A stretch of 64,000 nt of DNA. It comes from Minisyncoccota bacterium. Lineage in GTDB: Bacteria > Patescibacteriota > Minisyncoccia > Phycocordibacterales > UBA2100. The notes beneath the pieces are model-generated. The model was not told where the DNA came from, searched no databases, and worked only from the letters and a program-made list of their open reading frames with translations. This document shows positions 58,623 to 64,000 of this stretch, piece by piece. Numbering within the stretch: the stretch's first letter is position 1; each line of letters opens with the position of its first letter. The stretch spans positions 28,431 through 92,430 of the forward strand of contig DATMBM010000016.1 of the NCBI GenBank assembly GCA_035559235.1. Direction: 5' to 3'. Both the position numbers and the translations under genes were made by a program.

Positions 58623-59093
58623 ATGCGCGTGCTCGCCATTGACCCGGGATACGGTCGCTGCGGAGTCGCCGTCTTGGAAAAAAGGGACGGAAAGGAACGG
58701 TGGATGTATTCGGATTGCATCAAAACATCTGCGCAAGCGCCGTTTGATGAACGACTGCATGCGGTTGTGCGCGAATGCGAGCGCCTGATTGAGCACTTCG
58801 AACCCAATGCGCTCGCCATGGAGCGACTCTACTTTAATACCAACCAGAAGACCGCGATGCGGGTCGCCGAGGTACGCGGCGCTCTTCTTCACGCGGCAAC
58901 AGCTCGAAATATACCCGTATCTGAATACACGCCGGGGCAGATCAAAAGCGCAACGACGAGCTACGGCAAGGCCGACAAAAAGCAAATCACACTTATGGTC
59001 CGCGCACTTCTCAATATCGAAAAGGCCATTACGCTGGACGATGAATATGACGCAATAGCGGTCGGCATAACGCACCTGGCGCATGCCAGGTGA
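58623..59093 (+). CDS. ruvC: Holliday junction resolvase RuvC
   Basis: VLAIDPG, MERLYF, EYTPGQIK, GKADKKQ, DDEYDAIA. Confidence 0.96.
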   Translation: MRVLAIDPGYGRCGVAVLEKRDGKERWMYSDCIKTSAQAPFDERLHAVVRECERLIEHFEPNALAMERLYFNTNQKTAMRVAEVRGALLHAATARNIPVSEYTPGQIKSATTSYGKADKKQITLMVRALLNIEKAITLDDEYDAIAVGITHLAHAR

Positions 59094-59176
59094 CGGCTTC
59101 ATGAAAGCAATTGCCGTGAGATTCGTCTGACGGTACAATCAGATAACTGTCCGACGTGCCAGGACAATGGCTTGCC

Positions 59177-61597
59177 ATGAGTGAACATACAGAACGGGGA
59201 CTGAGGCACCGAATCAGGCGTGTACATACGGCGACTCCGCTGTGGATGCGTAAGACACTGCGTTTCGGGCTGCTTGCCGGCATCATGTGCGCCGGCGTTT
59301 TTACCGCATGGGCGGTTTTCGCGACGGTCCCGTCGATTGAAACCATCGAGAACCGATCGGTCGCCGAATCCACCAAAATCTACGACCGTACCGGCAACGT
59401 CCTTCTCTATGACGTCCATGGCGCCGTACGACGAACCGAGGTGCCGTTTGAGGAGATCTCCCCCTACATCAGGAACGCAACAGTCGCGATTGAAGACGAC
59501 ACGTTCTACCAGCACAACGGATTCCGTCCACTATCGTTTTTGCGCGCCGTACTGGTCAACCTCCATATCTTGTCGGGCTACCGCGGCCAGGGCGGCTCGA
59601 CGATCACACAACAGGTGATTAAAAATACACTCCTCACTCAGGACAAGACGCTTATCCGCAAAGCGAAAGAGATCGTGCTTGCGATGAAGTTGGAGCGGAT
59701 TGCGTCAAAAGACGAAATTTTGAATATCTACCTAAACGAAACATCCTACGGTGGGACGATCTACGGCGTCGAAGAGGCGGCGCAGAACTTCTTCGGCAAG
59801 GCCGCAAAAGACGTGTCTCTCGCGGAAGCCGCGTACATCGCTGCGCTCCCGCAGGCGCCAACGCGCTACTCGCCGTACGGCAACAACCGCGAGGAACTGG
59901 AAGCGCGCAAGAATCACGTGCTCGCAAAAATGTTTGATCTCGGCTACATCACCGAAGGTGAATACACTGCTGCGTCGCAAGAACAGGTGCAGTTCCGTCC
60001 GCGCGAGGAAGCCGGTATCAAGGCGCCGCACTTCGTCTTTTTCGTCCGTGAATACCTTGAGGAAAAGTACGGTGCCGACACCGTCGCCAATGAAGGACTG
60101 CGCGTCATCACGACCCTTGATTGGGACTTGCAATTAGAGGCGGAACACATCGTACGCGAACGCGCGCTTGCAAACGAAAAGCAATTTAACGCCGAAAACG
60201 CCGGTCTGGTCGCGATCGATCCGAAGACGGGGCAAATCCTCACGATGGTTGGCTCGCGCGGCTTCCTCGATCCGGATATCGATGGGCAGGTGAATGTCAC
60301 GATCATGCCGCGCCAGCCGGGTTCTGCATTCAAGCCATTCGTCTACGCGACGGCGTTTGAGAAGGGCTACACGACGGAGACGGTTCTCTTCGACGTCCAG
60401 ACGCAATTTTCTACCGCGTGTGCGCCACACGAAACGACGCGCAAAGAAGACCCGTGCTACAGCCCGGACAACTACGACCACGCCTTTCGAGGCCCGGTGA
60501 CAATCAGGAACGCCTTGGCGCAATCGATCAACGTCCCCGCCGTAAAAGCGCTCTACCTTGCCGGCATCGATGACTCCATCAGCACGGCCGCCGACATGGG
60601 GATTTCGACGCTTGAGGGAGCTGACCGATATGGCCTTACGCTCGTCCTCGGTGGCGGAGAGGTGACGCTCCTTGAAATGACAAGTGCGTACGGCGTTTTT
60701 GCAAACGAGGGTGTGCGCAATCCACCGACCGGCATCCTCCGTGTTGAAGATAGTCACGGCCGAGTCCTTGAAGAATATGAACAAAGCGAATCACGAGCGC
60801 TCGATCCGCAGATCGCGCGACTTATCACCGACATCCTCTCCGACAACGTTGCGCGCACGCCGCTGTATGGCTCGAATTCCCCGCTCTACTTCCCGGACCA
60901 TGACGTGGCGGCAAAAACCGGTACGACGAACGATAATCGTGACGCGTGGGTCCTCGGATATTCGACGTCGATCGTCGCGGGCGCGTGGGCCGGCAACAAC
61001 ATCCCCGAGCCGATGAACCAGATCTCAGGACTCATCGTGACGCCGATGTGGCGGGAATTCATGGATGTGGCGCTTGAAAAATACCCTGGCACCGACTTTA
61101 CGCCTCCGGCGCCAGATCCGGAGTGGGACTCGCTCCCGTCGGTCTTGCGTGGGCAATGGAATTCGAACCCGTCGCTCGGTATCCACAGCATCCTGTACTG
61201 GATTGATAAGGACAATCCGCGCAGCGGCAGAGGCGGCAACCACAACGACTCGCAATTTGCCTACTGGGAATATGGGGTCTCCCTATGGACCGGCTCGGTA
61301 CCGTTTGGCCCAACGACGCCGGGTAGTACACCGCAACTCGGCTTCGCGATTGCCGCGCCGACCGCAAACGCCCAGCTGCCTCTAGAAACTTTCGACACGT
61401 TTGTCGAGTACGAAACCGCGCTCGGCGTGACCAGCGTCACGTACTATCTCGATGGTGAATTCGTCGGCGTCTCGAACCAGCCGCCGTTTATGATTGCGAT
61501 CCAGCCGGAGCGGAGTGGTCAGATGACGCTGCGTGCGGTCGCCGAGACGGCAACCGGTCAGGAGGCGCAATCGGAAATTTCAATAACGATCGAGTAG
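59177..61597 (+). CDS. Class A penicillin-binding protein (PBP1A family) with C-terminal Ig domain
   Basis: IEDDTFYQHNG, GGSTITQQ, RKAKE (transglycosylase); GSAFKP, SIN, KTGT (transpeptidase). Confidence 0.95.
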   Translation: MSEHTERGLRHRIRRVHTATPLWMRKTLRFGLLAGIMCAGVFTAWAVFATVPSIETIENRSVAESTKIYDRTGNVLLYDVHGAVRRTEVPFEEISPYIRNATVAIEDDTFYQHNGFRPLSFLRAVLVNLHILSGYRGQGGSTITQQVIKNTLLTQDKTLIRKAKEIVLAMKLERIASKDEILNIYLNETSYGGTIYGVEEAAQNFFGKAAKDVSLAEAAYIAALPQAPTRYSPYGNNREELEARKNHVLAKMFDLGYITEGEYTAASQEQVQFRPREEAGIKAPHFVFFVREYLEEKYGADTVANEGLRVITTLDWDLQLEAEHIVRERALANEKQFNAENAGLVAIDPKTGQILTMVGSRGFLDPDIDGQVNVTIMPRQPGSAFKPFVYATAFEKGYTTETVLFDVQTQFSTACAPHETTRKEDPCYSPDNYDHAFRGPVTIRNALAQSINVPAVKALYLAGIDDSISTAADMGISTLEGADRYGLTLVLGGGEVTLLEMTSAYGVFANEGVRNPPTGILRVEDSHGRVLEEYEQSESRALDPQIARLITDILSDNVARTPLYGSNSPLYFPDHDVAAKTGTTNDNRDAWVLGYSTSIVAGAWAGNNIPEPMNQISGLIVTPMWREFMDVALEKYPGTDFTPPAPDPEWDSLPSVLRGQWNSNPSLGIHSILYWIDKDNPRSGRGGNHNDSQFAYWEYGVSLWTGSVPFGPTTPGSTPQLGFAIAAPTANAQLPLETFDTFVEYETALGVTSVTYYLDGEFVGVSNQPPFMIAIQPERSGQMTLRAVAETATGQEAQSEISITIE

Positions 61598-62695
61598 CTA
61601 CCGATTGAGCGGCATCACGAGATAGGTGAAGGACGCGTCGCTAACGCCCCGGATGACGAGCGGGCGGCCGGCACCGCTGAAGCTGAGGGTGAGAGAATCG
61701 GCAAGTACCGACTGCAGGCAGTCGGCGACGTAGCCGATGTGGAAATTCACATCAATGTCCTCGCCGGAGAGCGCTGCATCCAACGAATCGGACATTTCTC
61801 CGATCGCGGCGCTTTGCGCCGTTACATCAAACACTTTCTTTTTCGGGTACACGTGGAAGCCGACGTGTTGGTCGGCGCCGGCAAACACCCGCGCCTTGCG
61901 CAAAGCTTCCGCAAAATCGCTTTTCAAAAGGGTCACTTCGGTGGTAAATGATTTGGGAATAATCTCTTTGTAATTGGGGAACGTCCCGTCAACGATGCGC
62001 GAGGTGAACACGAGCCCGTCCCCGCGGAGTGTGAGCTGGGATTCGTCAATGAAGAGTTCGACAGTGTCTGCGGCGATTTTTTCGAGGATGTGCATGAGTT
62101 CCTGCGCGTGCTTCAAGGGAAGGAGGACGTCGCCCGAGCCGTCCCCTGAAGCGTCCGAGACCGTTTTTTCCGCAAGCCGGAACGAATCGGTAGCAACCGC
62201 AACCAATTTCGAGTCTTCCACGTTCAGATACACACTTCCCAACTCCGGACGGATCATCGAGGTCGACGCGGCGTATGACACCGATTGCAGCGCTTGGAGA
62301 AGTAGTTCGCGGGAGATTTTGAGCGCCTTGCCGCCGGCTTGCGACGACAGTGCTGGAAATTCATCGTGCGGCACCGCCTTAATCAACGTCTTCGAACCGC
62401 GTGCCTCGATGAGGAGGTTCGGCCCGTCCGTAGAAAACATCACCTTGTCCCCCGATACGGCGCGCAATGTTTGGGAGAGAATCGATGCCGGGACCGCCAC
62501 TACTCCCTTCTCACCCATTTCTCCAACCACAGTGATTTCAACACCAGCCTCAAGATTCGTTGAGCGGATCGTCATATCTTTCGACACATCGAGAAGGACA
62601 CATGAAAGTACTGGGAGTGATTCCTTCTTACCCACAATACGTTCCGCAATCAGGATCGCATTGAGAATTTTTTCCTTTGGTGTCGTGAATTGCAT
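61598..62695 (-). CDS. dnaN: DNA polymerase III beta sliding clamp
   Basis: LPVLS, STNLE, ATDSFRLA, GTFPNY, YLVMPL. Confidence 0.97.
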   Translation of the reverse strand: MQFTTPKEKILNAILIAERIVGKKESLPVLSCVLLDVSKDMTIRSTNLEAGVEITVVGEMGEKGVVAVPASILSQTLRAVSGDKVMFSTDGPNLLIEARGSKTLIKAVPHDEFPALSSQAGGKALKISRELLLQALQSVSYAASTSMIRPELGSVYLNVEDSKLVAVATDSFRLAEKTVSDASGDGSGDVLLPLKHAQELMHILEKIAADTVELFIDESQLTLRGDGLVFTSRIVDGTFPNYKEIIPKSFTTEVTLLKSDFAEALRKARVFAGADQHVGFHVYPKKKVFDVTAQSAAIGEMSDSLDAALSGEDIDVNFHIGYVADCLQSVLADSLTLSFSGAGRPLVIRGVSDASFTYLVMPLNR

Positions 62696-62896
62696 GCGTG
62701 TATTGTTTTTTACTTTTAATAAAGCTTATTATTACTATTAGTGGTGTGGATGTGGGGATATGTGTGTTTTATTAAGGGTTTGAGCGCTGGTTTTTGGTGA
62801 TGGAGTTGTGGAATAGGTGGGGACATAGGAGATTGTGTAATGTGGATTGTTGAAATTTTTTTCCGGATGTTGTTATACACAACAATGTTCACAGTG
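62696..62896. other. Probable oriC (dnaA-dnaN intergenic region)
   Basis: AT-rich; TTATACACA at 62873-62881, several degenerate TGTGGA boxes, TAA/TAG trio-like run at about 62726-62740. Confidence 0.8.
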
Positions 62897-64000
62897 TTAT
62901 GCATGGATAAGAGATCGGATGTGTTCGAGCTCTTGCTCGAGCGAATTATTACGCTTTACTTCTTCTTTTATTTTTTCGCATGAGTGGATGACGGTCGTAT
63001 GATCGCGCCCGCCCAGCTTCTCTCCAATTGACGGATAGGAAACATTGAATTCCTCCCGCAATACGTACATGATGACCTGTCGCGGCTTCACCACTTCCTT
63101 TTTGCGCGTTTTCTCATAAATGCTTTTTTCGGCGACTTCGTAGTACTGAGCGATGCGGCGGACCACCTCCTCGACAGACACTCCCTTGTTCGGACGCACG
63201 TTGTGTTTGATGAGCGCGCGGACGTCCGGCAACGTGATTGCCTTCCCCTTCAGTTGCGACTTACAAACGATCATGTTGAGGATACCTTCAAGTTCTCGGA
63301 TGTTGCCGCGGATGTTTTCAGCAATATAGGCCACGATCTCATCAGAAAGGCTGAAGCCCAATTGCTCGATTTTCACCTTAATGATCGCGGTCCGAGACTC
63401 GACGTCCGGCTCCGGGATCTCCATGATGACGCCGGCCGAGAGTCTGCCGCGGACGCGGTCTTCAAACCCGGGCAGGAGCATTGGATGCTTATCCGACGAG
63501 AAAATAATTTGCTTATTGTTGTCGTGCATTGCGTTGAAGAGGTGGAACAGCTCTTCCTGCGTACGTTCTTTTTCCGCCATGAACTGGATATCGTCCATGA
63601 TGAGGACGTCGTACTGGCGGTACTGGTCCTTGAATTCGTTTGCGCGCCCCTTCTGGACGGCGTTGATGAAATCGACGGCAAAGCGCTCCGACGAGACGTA
63701 GAACACCTTTTTATTGCTGTGCGCCTTCTTGAAATGGTTGCCGATCGCCTGGATCAGGTGGGTTTTTCCATGTCCGGTCGAGCCGTAGACGAAGAACGGG
63801 TTATAGGCGAGCCCCGGACGGTCGATCACCGCGCGGGCAGCCGCGTGGGCAAGTTGGTTGAAAGGACCGACGACGAACGTGTCAAAGGTATAGCGCGGGT
63901 TTAAGTTGTCCCGCTTGTCGATATAGAGCGTCCCCAAATCGAGCGAGGCGTTCTGTTGCGGCTCGCGTCGGACTTCGCGCCGCGGCTCCCCTGCCGAGCG
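62897..64000 (-). CDS. dnaA: Chromosomal replication initiator DnaA (N-terminus outside window)
   Basis: LNPRYTFDTFVVG, NPFFVYGSTGHGKTHL, DDIQF, NIRELEG, GGRDHTTVIH. Confidence 0.98.
   Translation of the reverse strand, partial: RSAGEPRREVRREPQQNASLDLGTLYIDKRDNLNPRYTFDTFVVGPFNQLAHAAARAVIDRPGLAYNPFFVYGSTGHGKTHLIQAIGNHFKKAHSNKKVFYVSSERFAVDFINAVQKGRANEFKDQYRQYDVLIMDDIQFMAEKERTQEELFHLFNAMHDNNKQIIFSSDKHPMLLPGFEDRVRGRLSAGVIMEIPEPDVESRTAIIKVKIEQLGFSLSDEIVAYIAENIRGNIRELEGILNMIVCKSQLKGKAITLPDVRALIKHNVRPNKGVSVEEVVRRIAQYYEVAEKSIYEKTRKKEVVKPRQVIMYVLREEFNVSYPSIGEKLGGRDHTTVIHSCEKIKEEVKRNNSLEQELEHIRSLIHA

Noticed and set aside
1-64000. Alternative genetic code (UGA as Gly, as in Gracilibacteria/Absconditabacteria)
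   Set aside because: Core genes such as ftsK, ruvA, ruvC and ddl end properly at TGA and have no internal TGA

Overview
The window is 64 kb of a streamlined, GC-rich bacterial chromosome, read in genetic code 11, lying next to the replication origin. Gene content and organisation point to Patescibacteria (CPR), probably a Parcubacteria lineage such as Kaiserbacteria; this is an inference. Supporting signs are an alpha2-type GlyRS, IleRS2 with an inserted domain, short MetRS, YebC, RecO and MurE, rplK with no rplA, pilMNO and pilB, a stand-alone PaaX/Cas2-like gene, large PG-binding and Ig-like surface proteins, and almost no metabolic genes. Core genes include dnaA-oriC-dnaN, PBP1A, ruvABC, polA, recA, recO, ftsK, efp, four aminoacyl-tRNA synthetases, ribosomal proteins and 7 tRNAs, none with an encoded CCA. 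A lower-GC accessory block spans about 1.1-9 kb. Five observations stand out. (1) A 90-bp structured repeat with compensatory base changes occurs once between genes and once in-frame inside recO; a second inverted-repeat element shares its AGCA loop. (2) A PaaX/Cas2-like gene is bracketed by a perfect 40-bp palindrome and a 22/25 copy covering its own promoter and start codon, upstream of a secreted lipase and membrane-protein pair. (3) More than 20 genes have a leaderless architecture (TAnnnT box, 6-8 nt, ATG), and three genes start 1-2 nt after a tRNA discriminator base. (4) An S-layer-like gene has a structured leader of about 400 nt. (5) The EF-P loop, the IleRS signature motifs and tRNA-Arg(GCG) are non-canonical.
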